Counted from the first letter of the stretch, positions 34,771-44,787 are shown. The stretch: 64,000 bases of DNA from an uncultured Gammaproteobacteria bacterium (GCA_964350265.1 CAYGJZ010000009.1:427-64426), one strand, 5' to 3'. The notes: generated by a model not told the origin, from the letters alone. Translations and numbers: made by a program.

Positions 34771-36071
34771 TGGAGCTCGCGATGCGCCGCCGACAGGGCC
34801 GTCACCGTGTCGCGGACCTGCGCCGCCGGCCGCCGGCCGGTGAGGGCATCGGCGATGCAGCGGGCGATGACGCCGATGGCCTCGCCGGCGAAGCCGCGCC
34901 GGGTGGTTTCCGGCGTGCCCAGGCGCAGGCCGTTGAGGTCGCCGGCCACCGCTGGCAGGGGCAGACCGATGCCGCAGGCAAGCAGGTTGACCCCGCGCAA
35001 CGTCCTCGCCATGGCCTGGCCGCCAGCGAAGGGCGCGGCCTCCACCGCGAGTTGGTGGGTGATCGGCGCCAGTCGTTCGGCGGCGAACACGGGGATATCA
35101 TTCTCTACGAGGTTTCGGTGCAGATCGGCGCACGTTTCCACCATCTTTGACGCGTATTCCCGGCCACAGGCCAGCCAGTCGAGCAGCGTCACGACCAGCG
35201 CGGCGCTCTTCGCGGCGTCGAAATTCGCGGTCAGGCCGGGAAAGGCAATGGCGTCGACACGTTCGGCAAGTTCGTCGTCGTTGATCAGCAGCAGGCCGGA
35301 CGGCGGTCCGCCGAGGCTCTTGTAGGTGCTCATCGACACCAGGTGGGCACCGGCGGCCAGCGGATTCGGCCAGGCGTCGCCGGCGATCAACCCGGACAGG
35401 TGGGCGGCATCGAACAACACCTTGGCCCCGTGCCGATCGGCGATGGCGCGGATCTCCGCCACCGGGTGGTGGGCAAGGTTGAGGCTGCCGCCAATGGTCA
35501 CGAGGCGCGGCGAACACTGCCTGGCCAGCGTCTCCAGCGCGTCGACGTCGACGGTGTAGCGCCCGGCGTCCACCGGCGCCTCGACGATGTTGAGGCCGTA
35601 CAGGCCGGCGGCGCCGGCGTGGTGATGGGTGACGTGGCCGCCGATGGACGCCGGCGGCACGATCACCGTGTCCCCCGGGCGACAGCAGGCCATGAACGCA
35701 TACAGGTTGGCCATTGCCCCGGAGGCAACGCGGATCTCGGCGTGGCGGGCGCGGAACACCTCGCAGGCCAGCGTGGCGGCATAGACCTCGATGCGCTCGA
35801 TGGCCTCCAGGCCCATTTCGTACTTGTCCCCCGGGTGACCCAGCGACGGGCGCGAGCCGAGACCGGCGGCAAGCATGGCCTCGGCGGCGGGGTTCATGAT
35901 GTTGGTGGCCGGGTTGAGATTGATGCACTCGACCTCGTGGATGCGGCGGTTCTCGGCCACCGCGTCGAGGAGGGCGCGGTGGCGGTCGTCGAGTTCCCGG
36001 GCATCGAAGGCGCCGGCCAGGGCGCGGATGGTGTCATCGGTGGCGATCCAGGGTCGTGGCGACAGGGTCAT
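34716..36071 (-). CDS. serine hydroxymethyltransferase-family PLP enzyme (divergent)
   Basis: 451 aa. NLNPATNIMNPAAEAML, ASGAMANLYAF, FDAAHLSGLIAG, STYKSLGGPPSG (PLP lysine) parallel the GlyA motifs but are clearly diverged. Confidence 0.75.
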   Translation of the reverse strand: MTLSPRPWIATDDTIRALAGAFDARELDDRHRALLDAVAENRRIHEVECINLNPATNIMNPAAEAMLAAGLGSRPSLGHPGDKYEMGLEAIERIEVYAATLACEVFRARHAEIRVASGAMANLYAFMACCRPGDTVIVPPASIGGHVTHHHAGAAGLYGLNIVEAPVDAGRYTVDVDALETLARQCSPRLVTIGGSLNLAHHPVAEIRAIADRHGAKVLFDAAHLSGLIAGDAWPNPLAAGAHLVSMSTYKSLGGPPSGLLLINDDELAERVDAIAFPGLTANFDAAKSAALVVTLLDWLACGREYASKMVETCADLHRNLVENDIPVFAAERLAPITHQLAVEAAPFAGGQAMARTLRGVNLLACGIGLPLPAVAGDLNGLRLGTPETTRRGFAGEAIGVIARCIADALTGRRPAAQVRDTVTALSAAHRELHYLRATPGEVDGASVHSR

Positions 36072-36160
36072 GGCGTCTCTCCAGGGGTTTCGCGCAGTAT
36101 AGGTGGGCCTCGAGGCACGTTATTTTCTGTTTCGGCCAATCTGTTGTAGATTTCGGACCA

Positions 36161-37159
36161 ATGACCACGCACTCGCCAACCCCCGACCTGCACGTCGCCG
36201 TGCTGCTGGCGCCGGAGTTCTCCGCCCTGCCCCTGGGCGGCTTCCTCGACACCCTGCGTCACGCCGCCGACGATGCCGATCGCTCGCGGCCGATCCACTG
36301 CGCCTGGACCCTGCTGTCCCACGACATGGCACCGGTGCGCAGCAGCGCCGGGGTGGACATGCTGCCCACCGCGCGGGCCGACGCCGAGGCCATCGACTAC
36401 GACTACGTGCTGGTGCACGGTGGCCGGCTGGAGGGGCTGCCACGCACGCCGCTGGCGCACCTGCTGTACCTGCGCCGGGCGGCGCAGGCGAAGGTGCCGC
36501 TGATCGGCCTGGACTCGGGCACCTTCCTGCTCGCCGAGGCCGGGCTGCTCGACGGTCGCCGCGCCAGCGTGCACTGGCGCCACCAGCGGGATTTCGCCCT
36601 GCGCTACCCGAAGGTGCACGCCCAGACCGGACGCCTGTACACCTTCGACGGCGATCGCATCACCTGCCCCGGCGGCACCGCCGCCATCGACCTGGCGGTG
36701 GCCCTGGTGACCCGCCACTGCGGCCGCCAGCGCGCGCTCAAGGGCATGGCCGACCTGCTGGTGGACGAGCCGCGCGGTGCCCACCACCAGGTCCGCTCCT
36801 ATGCCGAGGGGCACGACGGCGACGCCGATCCGCGCCTGCAGCAGGCGGTGGCGCGCATGCGCGAACGCCTGGGCGAACCGCTGTCCATGGCCGAGCTGGC
36901 GCGCCAGGTCGGCACCTCGGCGCGCCAGCTCGACCGGCTGTTCCGTCGTCACCACGGCCAGTCCCCGGCCCGCTTCTGGCGTGCCATGCGGCTGGACCAC
37001 GCCGCCTGGCGACTGACCAACAGCCACCACGACATGGCGCGCATCGCCGCCGAGTGCGGCTTCGCCGACGCCGCCCACCTCGCCACCCGCTTCCGGCGCG
37101 CCTATGGCTGCACGCCGCGGCAGTACCGCCACGGCGCGCGGCCGGCAACCCCTGCCTAG
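36161..37159 (+). CDS. GlxA-type regulator (DJ-1/PfpI GATase1-like domain plus AraC HTH)
   Basis: ATG 36161. VAVLLAPEFSALPLGGFLDTL, IGLDSGTFLLAEAGLLDGRRASVHW, then an AraC HTH (LSMAELARQVGTSARQLDRLFRRHHG...GFADAAHLATRFRRAYG). Confidence 0.85.
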   Translation: MTTHSPTPDLHVAVLLAPEFSALPLGGFLDTLRHAADDADRSRPIHCAWTLLSHDMAPVRSSAGVDMLPTARADAEAIDYDYVLVHGGRLEGLPRTPLAHLLYLRRAAQAKVPLIGLDSGTFLLAEAGLLDGRRASVHWRHQRDFALRYPKVHAQTGRLYTFDGDRITCPGGTAAIDLAVALVTRHCGRQRALKGMADLLVDEPRGAHHQVRSYAEGHDGDADPRLQQAVARMRERLGEPLSMAELARQVGTSARQLDRLFRRHHGQSPARFWRAMRLDHAAWRLTNSHHDMARIAAECGFADAAHLATRFRRAYGCTPRQYRHGARPATPA

Positions 37160-37336
37160 ACGCCAGCGGCCAGGGACAGGGTGCGGCTCGAGCCCGACTT
37201 GTGTATGGTTAGGCCTCTCCATGGCAGGCGAACCGGGTCGCTGCCGACCCGGTGGAAAAAGAACCAGGCGCCCGGGAGCTTTCCCGACGAGCGCCACTTT
37301 CAAACCCGTAGAACCATGACAGTGGAGCCCTTCCCC

Positions 37337-38179
37337 ATGCAGAAGAAACCCCTCATCGCGGCACTGGCCGCCAGCTTGACCATGACCCTCGCCGCCGGCG
37401 CGGCCCAGGCGGCAAGCTGCAGCAACGACACCTGGAACCGGATCATGGAGCGCGGCAAGATCGTGGTCGGGGTCAAGGCCGACTACAAGCCCTGGGGCTT
37501 CCGCGACGAGAGCGGCGAGATCGTGGGCATGGAGGTGGACATGGCCAAGGACGTCGCCGAAACCATGGGCGTGGACCTGGAGCTGGTCTCGGTGCAGTCC
37601 TCCAACCGCATGCAGTTTCTCGAGCAGGGCAAGATCGACCTGATGATCGCCACCATGTCCGACCGCCAGGATCGCCGCGAGATCGTCGGCATCGTGCAGC
37701 CGAACTACTACACCTCCGGCACCAACATCATGGCGCCCAAGGCCCTTGGCCTGAGCCAGTGGGACGAGCTCAAGGGCAAGCCGGTGTGCGGCAAGCAGGG
37801 TGCCTTCTACAACCAGATCGTGGAGGAGCGCTACGGCGCCGAGATCATCGCCTTTACCGGCAATGCCGAGGCCAAGCAGGCGCTGCGCGACAAGAAGTGC
37901 ATTGCCTGGGTGTACGACGATTCGTCGATCATGTCCGACCTCTCCTCGGGCAACTACGACGAGTTCGAGATGCCGCTCGCCTCCGAGGACGACAATCCCT
38001 GGGGACTGGCGGTACCGCTGGCGGAGAAGGACTGCGTCTTCGGCCGCTTCATGTCCGGCATGCAGTACAACTGGCACCAGTCCGGCCGGTTGATCGAGCT
38101 GGAAGAGAAGTGGAGCATCCAGCCCACCGCCTACCTCGCCCGCCAGCACGAGCATCACGCCGACTGGTTGGCCGAGTAG
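37337..38179 (+). CDS. polar amino-acid ABC transporter substrate-binding protein
   Basis: MQKKPLIAALAASLTMTLAAGAAQA signal peptide. GKIVVGVKADYKPWGF, GMEVDMAK, QGKIDLMIATMS. Alternative start at 37316. Confidence 0.85.
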   Translation: MQKKPLIAALAASLTMTLAAGAAQAASCSNDTWNRIMERGKIVVGVKADYKPWGFRDESGEIVGMEVDMAKDVAETMGVDLELVSVQSSNRMQFLEQGKIDLMIATMSDRQDRREIVGIVQPNYYTSGTNIMAPKALGLSQWDELKGKPVCGKQGAFYNQIVEERYGAEIIAFTGNAEAKQALRDKKCIAWVYDDSSIMSDLSSGNYDEFEMPLASEDDNPWGLAVPLAEKDCVFGRFMSGMQYNWHQSGRLIELEEKWSIQPTAYLARQHEHHADWLAE

Positions 38180-38201
38180 CCGCGCCCCATCGGCGGGCCT
38201 T

Positions 38202-38232
38202 GCCGCTGCCGGGCGCCACGCCCGGCAGCGGC
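38202..38232 (+). terminator. 13-bp perfect hairpin between binding-protein and permease genes (attenuating stem-loop)
   Basis: Read directly: gccgctgccgggc-gccac-gcccggcagcggc, 23 nt after the TAG at 38177-38179. Confidence 0.4.
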
Positions 38233-38240
38233 GGCCTTGA

Positions 38241-39005
38241 ATGACGGTCATGCTGGAAGCCTTCACGGCCTTCTTCGAGCAGTTGGCGCAGGATGCGCCG
38301 CGCTGGAACTTCATCTTCTTCTACGAGGAACGGCAGTTCGATCGCATCGTCGAGGGCCTGGTCACCACCATCAAGCTGTCGGTGGCCTGTGTCTTCTTCA
38401 GCCTCGCCGTCGGCGTCACCGGGGCCTGGATGCAGGGCTCGGACTCGCGCCTGGTGCGCGCCTTCGTGCAGGGCTACGTGCAGTTCTTCCGCAACACGCC
38501 GCCACTGGTGCAGTTGCTGTTCTTCTACTTCGCCCTCGGCCAGTTCACGCCAACCCATTCCCCGGACGGCTGGCTGGAGGTGCCGATCATCTCCAACGTC
38601 GGCTGGGCCATCATCTCGCTGAGCTTCTTCGCCGGCGCCTTCAACGTGGAGATCTTTCGCGCCGGCATCGAGGCGGTGCCGCATTCCACCCGCGAGGCCG
38701 CCGACTCGCTGGGTTTCTCGCGCCTGCAGACCTATGGCTACATCGTGCTGCCGCTGGCGCTTCGGGTCAGCCTGCCGGCCCTGAACAACAACCTGGTCAA
38801 CCTGGTGAAGACCACCACCCAGGCCTTCGCCATCGCGGTGCCGGAGCTGCTCTACCAGTCGGTGAGCATCTGGAACGACTACCCCTCGGCCCAGTACCCG
38901 ACCATGCTGCTGCTGTTCGTGGTCTACATCCTGCTGGTGGGCGTGGTGGTGTTCACCATGCATCGCTGGGAGCGCAGCATGCGCATCCCGGGCTACGGCC
39001 AGTGA
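38241..39005 (+). CDS. amino-acid ABC transporter permease
   Basis: 254 aa, multi-TM. EAADSLGFSRLQTYGYIVLPLALRVSLPALNNNLVNLVKTT is the EAA loop. Confidence 0.85.
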   Translation: MTVMLEAFTAFFEQLAQDAPRWNFIFFYEERQFDRIVEGLVTTIKLSVACVFFSLAVGVTGAWMQGSDSRLVRAFVQGYVQFFRNTPPLVQLLFFYFALGQFTPTHSPDGWLEVPIISNVGWAIISLSFFAGAFNVEIFRAGIEAVPHSTREAADSLGFSRLQTYGYIVLPLALRVSLPALNNNLVNLVKTTTQAFAIAVPELLYQSVSIWNDYPSAQYPTMLLLFVVYILLVGVVVFTMHRWERSMRIPGYGQ

Positions 39006-39913
39006 ACCGGCGCCGCGGCGGCCGCGCGCTTCCCGGGGTCGACGCCCCGGCATGCACCGACCTGCCGGTAATGCTGGCCGGCGACCCGCGCCGTGGCCAG
39101 GGGCCGGACGCCTACCTGTACACGCGCTGGCTGGCCAGCCTGCCGCCATGGACGCCGCTGGCCCTGCTCGCGGTGATCTTCGCCTGGCCGCTGATCGCAC
39201 AGGCACAGGGCAGCGGCTACGGCCAGGCCGAAGCCTTCGACGCGCTGTGGCGCTGGATGCCCTTCATCGTCTCCGAGGGGTTCTTCTTCAACGTGCTGAT
39301 CTCCTTCCTGTCGATGGCGGTGGGCACCGTATCCGGCGCCGTGCTCGGCCTGGCACAGATCTCGCCGCGCGCAGTGGTGCGACGGCCGGCATGGTTCGTC
39401 ACCCAGGTGTTTCGCAACTCGCCGTGGCTGGTGCTGCTGTTCATCGTGCTGCTGGCCTTCCCCTACGAGGTGGTCATCGGCACCCGGGTGATCCCGGTAC
39501 CGGACTGGATCAAGGCGGTGTTCGGCCTGTCGTTGCCGGTCATGGCGAACCTCTCCGAAGTGGTGCGCGGCGCGGTGGTCTCGATCCCCAGCGCACAGTG
39601 GGAGGCGGCCGAGTCGCTGGCCTTCACCCGTCGCCAGACGCTGTGGCAGATCATCCTGCCGCAGTGCTTCAAGCGCATGATCCCGCCGTGGATGAACTGG
39701 TACGCCATCCTCACCATGGCCACGCCGCTGTGCTCGCTGCTCGGCGTGGAGGAAATCATCACCCTGTCGCGCCAGGCGATGGAGGCGGAGAACAACCACC
39801 CGGAGCTGCTGGTGCCCTTCTTCGGCTTCGCGCTGGTGATCTTCTTCGCCTACTGCTACCCCATCGCGCGCCTGACCATACGCCTGGAACGACGCTACAC
39901 CGTAAAGTTGTAG
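39002..39913 (+). CDS. amino-acid ABC transporter permease with N-terminal leader-like extension
   Basis: GTG 39002 overlaps the upstream TGA (alternative ATG 39071). EAAESLAFTRRQTLWQIILPQCFKRMIPPWMNWY is the EAA loop. The N-terminus LALLAVIFAWPLIAQAQG looks like a leader. Confidence 0.8.
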   Translation: MNRRRGGRALPGVDAPACTDLPVMLAGDPRRGQGPDAYLYTRWLASLPPWTPLALLAVIFAWPLIAQAQGSGYGQAEAFDALWRWMPFIVSEGFFFNVLISFLSMAVGTVSGAVLGLAQISPRAVVRRPAWFVTQVFRNSPWLVLLFIVLLAFPYEVVIGTRVIPVPDWIKAVFGLSLPVMANLSEVVRGAVVSIPSAQWEAAESLAFTRRQTLWQIILPQCFKRMIPPWMNWYAILTMATPLCSLLGVEEIITLSRQAMEAENNHPELLVPFFGFALVIFFAYCYPIARLTIRLERRYTVKL

Positions 39914-39922
39914 AGAACCGCC

Positions 39923-40675
39923 ATGAACGAGACCTGGACACCCGACCAACCCATCGTCTCGCTGAAGGACGTGCACAAGTCCTTCGGTTCCCTGGAAGTG
40001 ATCAAGGGCGTCAGCCTCGACATCATGAAGGGCGAGGTGGTGTGCATCATCGGCCCGTCGGGCTCGGGGAAGTCGACGCTGATCCGCTGCATCAACGCCC
40101 TCAACGACATCCAGTCCGGGTCCATCACCGTGGAGGGCCGCGAGGTGCACGACCCGGGGCTGGACAAGCTCGCGTTGCGCAAGAAGGTCGGCATGGTGTT
40201 CCAGCAGTACAACCTGTTCCCGCACAAGACGGCGCTGGAGAACATCATGATGGCGCCGCTGAAGGTGCTGCGGCAGGACCGTGCGGCGGTGGCGGAGCGT
40301 GCCCGCGCGCTGCTGGCCAAGGTACGCCTGGAAGGCAAGGAGGACGCCTACCCGGGGGAGCTGTCCGGTGGCCAGCAGCAGCGCGTCGCCATCGCCCGTT
40401 CGCTGGCCATGAGCCCGGCGGTGATGCTGTTCGACGAGGTGACCGCCGCGCTGGACCCGGAAACGGTGAAGGAGGTGCTCAACACCATCCGCGATCTCGC
40501 CGCCGACGGCATGACCTGCATCCTGGTGACCCACGAGATGGGCTTCGCCCGCGAGATCGCCGACCACATCTATTTCACCGACCGCGGCGTCATCGTCGAG
40601 CACGGCCCGCCGTCGACCTTCTTCAGCGAGGCCCGCGACCCGCGTACCCGCGAGTTCCTCTCGCAGATCCTCTAG
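39923..40675 (+). CDS. amino-acid ABC transporter ATP-binding protein
   Basis: 250 aa. Walker A GPSGSGKST, Q-loop, LSGGQQQRVAIARSLA, Walker B MLFDEVTAALD, H-loop THEM. Confidence 0.9.
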   Translation: MNETWTPDQPIVSLKDVHKSFGSLEVIKGVSLDIMKGEVVCIIGPSGSGKSTLIRCINALNDIQSGSITVEGREVHDPGLDKLALRKKVGMVFQQYNLFPHKTALENIMMAPLKVLRQDRAAVAERARALLAKVRLEGKEDAYPGELSGGQQQRVAIARSLAMSPAVMLFDEVTAALDPETVKEVLNTIRDLAADGMTCILVTHEMGFAREIADHIYFTDRGVIVEHGPPSTFFSEARDPRTREFLSQIL

Positions 40676-41430
40676 CGCCCGCCGGCGGCGTCGATGAAGG
40701 CTCCGGTCACGTAGGAGGCATCCTCGCCGAGCAGCCAGGCCACCGCCGCCGCGATCTCGTCGGCGCTGCCGCCGCGGCCCATCGGCAGGGTCGCGCCGAG
40801 GCGGGCCACGCGACCGGGTTCGCCGCCGTCGGCATGGATGCCGGTGTCGATGATGCCCGGGCGCACCGCGTTGACGCGCACACCGTGCGGCGCCTCTTCC
40901 ACCGCCAGTCCGCGGGTGAAGGTGTCGATGGCGCCCTTGCTGGCGGCATAGTCCACGTACTCCCCCGGCGAACCCCAGCGCGCCGCCGCCGAGGAGACGT
41001 TGACGATGGCGCCGCCGTGACCGCCGAAACGGCGCGACATGCGCCTGACCGCCTCGCGCGCGCAGAGCATGGCGCCGATCACGTTGACCTCGAAGATGCG
41101 TCGCATGCGGGCCGCGCTGATGGCGTCGAAGGTGGTCTGCCGATCGAGGATGCCGGCATTGTTGACCAGTGCCGTGAGCGGCGCCGGGCGGGCATCCACG
41201 GCCCGGAACATGGCCAGCACCTGGTCTTCGTCGGCGACGTCGGCGGCAACCAGGAAGGCACTGCCGCCGGCATCCTCGATGTCGGCGCACAGGGCGGCGG
41301 CGGCATCGGCGTCGCGGCGGTAGTTGATGCCGACATCGTAGCCCGCCCGCGCCAGGCGCCGGGCGCAGGCGGCGCCGATGCCGCGGCCGCCGCCGGTGAC
41401 CAGGGCAATGCCGCGCGGCGCGGCGCTCAC
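40672..41430 (-). CDS. SDR-family oxidoreductase
   Basis: 252 aa. [12 protein letters not shown], catalytic S...YAASK, PG. The start overlaps the hemE stop by 4 nt. Confidence 0.85.
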   Translation of the reverse strand: MSAAPRGIALVTGGGRGIGAACARRLARAGYDVGINYRRDADAAAALCADIEDAGGSAFLVAADVADEDQVLAMFRAVDARPAPLTALVNNAGILDRQTTFDAISAARMRRIFEVNVIGAMLCAREAVRRMSRRFGGHGGAIVNVSSAAARWGSPGEYVDYAASKGAIDTFTRGLAVEEAPHGVRVNAVRPGIIDTGIHADGGEPGRVARLGATLPMGRGGSADEIAAAVAWLLGEDASYVTGAFIDAAGGR

Positions 41431-42476
41431 CCCGCCGGCCTCGCCGACAACTCGTGCACGGCGTCGACCATGACCTTGACACGGTCCGGGTCGATGTCAG
41501 GGGTAATGCCGTGGCCGAGGTTGAACACGTGCCTCCCGGGGGCGCCGAAGTCGTCCAGCACCGCGGCCACCTCGGCGCGGATGGCGGCGCTGGAACCGTG
41601 CAGGCTGGCCGGGTCCATGTTGCCCTGCAGGGCCACGCCTTCGCCAAGCCGGGCACGCACCTCGCCGAGCGACGCGGTCCAGTCCAGGCCGATGCCGCTG
41701 CAGCCGGTGGCGGCGATATCCTCGGCCCACTGGCCACCGCCCTTGGTGAACAGGATCACCGGGCGCTCGTTGCCGACGGCCTCGACGATGCGTGCCATGT
41801 AGGGCAGGGAAAACTCGCGGTAGGCGCGCGCGCCGAGGGCGCCGCCCCAGGTGTCGAACACCATCAGCGCGTCGACGCCCGCCGCGCACTGCGCGCGCAG
41901 GTAGTCGATCACCGCGTCGGTGACCACCGACAGCATGCGATGGGCCACGAGCGGCGAGGTGTAGATCATGCCCTTGATGCGCTTGAAGTCCCGGCTGCTG
42001 CCGCCTTCCACCATGTAGGTGGCGAGGGTCCACGGGCTGCCGGCAAAGCCGATCAACGGCACCGAGCGGTCGAGGGCGCGGACAATGGTGCGCACCGCGT
42101 CCATGACGTAGCCGAGCGCGTCTTCCGGGTCCGGCGCATGCAGCGCGTCGACGTCGGCGGCGCGGCGTACCGGGCGGGCGAGCCTGGGTCCGACGCCTTC
42201 GTCCAGCGACAGGCCGAGTCCCATGGCATCGGGAATGGTGAGGATGTCGGAGAACAGGATCGCGGCATCCAGGGGATAGCGGCGCAACGGCTGCAGGGTC
42301 ACCTCGCAGGCCAGCTCCGGATTGCGGCACAGGTCGAGAAAGCTGCCGGCCTCGGTGCGGGTGGCGCGGTACTCGGGCAGGTAGCGACCGGCCTGGCGCA
42401 TGATCCACACCGGGGTGTGGTCGGTGGGCTCACCACGCAGTGCGCGCAGGAAGTTGTCGTTTTGCAGTGGTCGCAC
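41427..42476 (-). CDS. hemE: uroporphyrinogen decarboxylase
   Basis: 349 aa, collinear with E. coli HemE: [72 protein letters not shown]. Confidence 0.92.
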   Translation of the reverse strand: MRPLQNDNFLRALRGEPTDHTPVWIMRQAGRYLPEYRATRTEAGSFLDLCRNPELACEVTLQPLRRYPLDAAILFSDILTIPDAMGLGLSLDEGVGPRLARPVRRAADVDALHAPDPEDALGYVMDAVRTIVRALDRSVPLIGFAGSPWTLATYMVEGGSSRDFKRIKGMIYTSPLVAHRMLSVVTDAVIDYLRAQCAAGVDALMVFDTWGGALGARAYREFSLPYMARIVEAVGNERPVILFTKGGGQWAEDIAATGCSGIGLDWTASLGEVRARLGEGVALQGNMDPASLHGSSAAIRAEVAAVLDDFGAPGRHVFNLGHGITPDIDPDRVKVMVDAVHELSARPAG

Positions 42477-42485
42477 GACGCGGCT

Positions 42486-43193
42486 TCAGGACAGTGCCGC
42501 GGCGATCTGGGCAGTGATGGCGGTGGCCGCGGCAGCCGGGTCGGCGGCATCACGCACCGGCCGGCCGACCACGATGTAGTCGGCACCGGCGGCGAAGGCA
42601 TCGGCCACCGTGACCATGCGCTTCTGGTCGTCCTCGCGGTTGTCCACCGGGCGGATGCCGGGGGTGACGATGAGCAGGCGATCGCCGAGTTCCCGGCGCA
42701 GCGACGCGGCCTCGATGCCGGAGGCAACCACCCCGGCGCAGCCGTGCTCCACCGCGCGGCGGGCCCGCGACAGCACCAGCTGTTCGACGTCGCAGCGAAA
42801 ACCGAGATCGTCGAGGTCGCCGCGGTCGAGGCTGGTCAGGGCGGTCACCGCCAGCACCCGGACATCGTCGGCGGCGTTGGCGGCGGCGGCCATCATGGCG
42901 TCGTTGCCGTGCACGGTGACGAAGTCGATGCCGGTGCCGTTCAGTCGCGCCACCGCGCGGCCCACGGTGGCGGGAATGTCGAACAGCTTCAGGTCGGCGA
43001 ACACCCGCTTGCCACGGGCGCGCAGCCAGGCCACCAGCTCGATGGCATCGCCGCTCATGAACAGCTCCAGGCCCACCTTGTAGAACACGGCGCCATCGCC
43101 GATGCGCTCGACCAGGTCACGGGCCTGCTCGGCGCTCGGCAGGTCGAGGGCAACGATCAGGCGTTCCCCAGGTGGCGGCTGGGTATGGGGCAT
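42486..43193 (-). CDS. pyrF: orotidine 5'-phosphate decarboxylase
   Basis: ATG 43193. LIVALDL, FYKVGLELF, FADLKLFDIPATV, VTVHG, TPGIRP, IVVGRP. Confidence 0.9.
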   Translation of the reverse strand: MPHTQPPPGERLIVALDLPSAEQARDLVERIGDGAVFYKVGLELFMSGDAIELVAWLRARGKRVFADLKLFDIPATVGRAVARLNGTGIDFVTVHGNDAMMAAAANAADDVRVLAVTALTSLDRGDLDDLGFRCDVEQLVLSRARRAVEHGCAGVVASGIEAASLRRELGDRLLIVTPGIRPVDNREDDQKRMVTVADAFAAGADYIVVGRPVRDAADPAAAATAITAQIAAALS

Positions 43194-43270
43194 GGGCAGT
43201 ACCAGGCGGTGGCTAGTGGGCATCGGCCCCGGCAGCCGGGTGCCGGGGTGGGCGATTATACCGCTGGCAG

Positions 43271-43290
43271 GCGCCGTCGCGGGACGGCGC
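43271..43290 (-). terminator. 8-bp GC hairpin after the lipoprotein gene (no U-tract)
   Basis: Read directly: gcgccgtc-gcgg-gacggcgc, 10 nt past the stop at 43300. A second hairpin ccccggca-gccggg-tgccgggg lies at 43227-43248. Confidence 0.3.
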
Positions 43291-43299
43291 GGGGAATGC

Positions 43300-43689
43300 C
43301 TAGTCGGAAACCACCAGGCGCGGGTTCCAGAATACCCGGCCCTTGGACTCGATCTGCTCCTCGAGCTCGTCGCCGCTCCACGACTTGCGCTGCTCGAGGT
43401 AGCCGTCCTTGAGCACGCGCAGCACGAAGGCGTCGGCATTGCGCAGTTGCGACTTGCCGACCTCGCGACGGATGTCCACCGGGGTGAGGCCCAGGTAGAC
43501 CCACTCGTTGGTGCTCTTGTTGTCGCGCACCGGGGTCTGCACCTGGTAGAGCACGTGGGCACCGAGGGGATCGGACTGCACCGTGAAGGGCACGATCTTG
43601 GTGGCGGCGCAGCCAGTGAGCACGGTGGCGGCGAGCACGGCACCGGCCACCCGGGTGGCCAGCGTACGGGTAGTGCGCAAATTACTCAT
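43300..43689 (-). CDS. small lipoprotein, degenerate PEGA-like domain
   Basis: ATG 43689. Lipobox AATVLTGC. SDPLGAHVLYQ...GLTPV...LRVLKDGY parallels its upstream paralogue. Confidence 0.65.
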   Translation of the reverse strand: MSNLRTTRTLATRVAGAVLAATVLTGCAATKIVPFTVQSDPLGAHVLYQVQTPVRDNKSTNEWVYLGLTPVDIRREVGKSQLRNADAFVLRVLKDGYLEQRKSWSGDELEEQIESKGRVFWNPRLVVSD

Positions 43690-44029
43690 CGGACTTGTCC
43701 AGCTGGATTTCAACGAACTGCGGCTCGTCCAGGGCGGAGTCCTTGCTGCCGTGGCGCAGGGTGACCCAGAACGAGGAGGTCTTGTCGCGGTAGCCGTCCT
43801 TGTGCACCAGGATGTTGACGAACTTGCGCTTCTGCGCGCCCTCGCGCCACCAGACCTTGACCGGGGTGACGCCGAGCACGGTGTCGTCTTCAAGATTGAC
43901 GACTTCCGCGCCCTCGGGCTGCGTGTGAATCAGTGCCGCGCCGTGATTGGCGCAACCAACGAGGAGCGCGACGCAGGCCACGACGGTGAACTGGCGGGCG
44001 ATCCGGGATGACAGTAGGGGAGTCGACAT
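43682..44029 (-). CDS. small PEGA-domain lipoprotein
   Basis: ATG 44029. Lipobox ALLVGC. TQPEGAEVVNLEDDTVLGVTPVKV...LVHKDGY is a canonical PEGA pattern. Overlaps the next gene by 8 nt. Confidence 0.7.
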   Translation of the reverse strand: MSTPLLSSRIARQFTVVACVALLVGCANHGAALIHTQPEGAEVVNLEDDTVLGVTPVKVWWREGAQKRKFVNILVHKDGYRDKTSSFWVTLRHGSKDSALDEPQFVEIQLDKSDE

Positions 44030-44055
44030 GGCGAACCGGGAAGCGTGGTACGGGG

Positions 44056-44787
44056 TCAGAAGGAGAACTCGACACCGGCGGAGAGGACATTCAGGTCGGC
44101 GATTTCGTAGCGTTCCCACTCGGCGCGAACGGCAAAGTGATTGGAAACCCGGAATCGACCACCTACGCCGTAGTGTACGTCAGTGCCACTTTCACTGGCA
44201 ACAAACTCGTCGTTCACCGCGGCGCTGCCACCAGATCCGTCGGGCAGGCGACCGCTGGCGGTGCCTCGGCCGTTGGCCTCCCAGTCGAGCACGCCGAGCC
44301 GGGCGTACAGGCCGAAGCGTTCGCCGATGGGCAGGGAGAACAGGCCGGCCAGGGAGATGCCCTCGACCTCGACCTTGACATCGGCATTGCCGCTGAACGA
44401 ACCCGACGGCGCCGCCACGTCGGTGGACAGGGACAGGCCGGCGGCGCCGAAGTCGATGCTGGTCAGTTCCACCGCGACCACCTCGCTGAAGCGGTAGCCG
44501 ACGAAGTACTTGTTGGCATCGTCGCTGGTGCGCTGGGTGCACTCGGTGGTGTAGACCAGCTCGGCGAAGGACTCCGACACCAGGAAGGAACTGCCGCCTT
44601 CCCCGGACAGCGCCTCGCCGACATCGCCGGCGAACTCCTCGCACAGGGAGGTATCGTTGAAGAACTCGGTCTCGCCGTGGGAAAGCCCGATGTAGAAGCC
44701 GCGATCCTCGTCCAGCGCGTGTGCCGGCACGACCAGGACCGCCAGTGCCGCGGCCAGGGCGGCCGAGGCTCGATGGATGTTCGCCAT
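44056..44787 (-). CDS. outer-membrane beta-barrel protein (OmpA-like barrel / OMP_b-brl type)
   Basis: ATG 44787. Signal peptide AALAAALAVLVVPAHA. Alternating beta-strand pattern; C-terminal LSAGVEFSF with terminal Phe. Confidence 0.7.
   Translation of the reverse strand: MANIHRASAALAAALAVLVVPAHALDEDRGFYIGLSHGETEFFNDTSLCEEFAGDVGEALSGEGGSSFLVSESFAELVYTTECTQRTSDDANKYFVGYRFSEVVAVELTSIDFGAAGLSLSTDVAAPSGSFSGNADVKVEVEGISLAGLFSLPIGERFGLYARLGVLDWEANGRGTASGRLPDGSGGSAAVNDEFVASESGTDVHYGVGGRFRVSNHFAVRAEWERYEIADLNVLSAGVEFSF

Noticed and set aside
38993-41802. 914-aa and 916-aa ORFs crossing the ABC permease, ATPase, SDR and hemE genes
   Set aside because: They cut across four well-supported genes on both strands, and their composition is Arg/Gly/Pro/His rich. 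They are high-GC artefacts.
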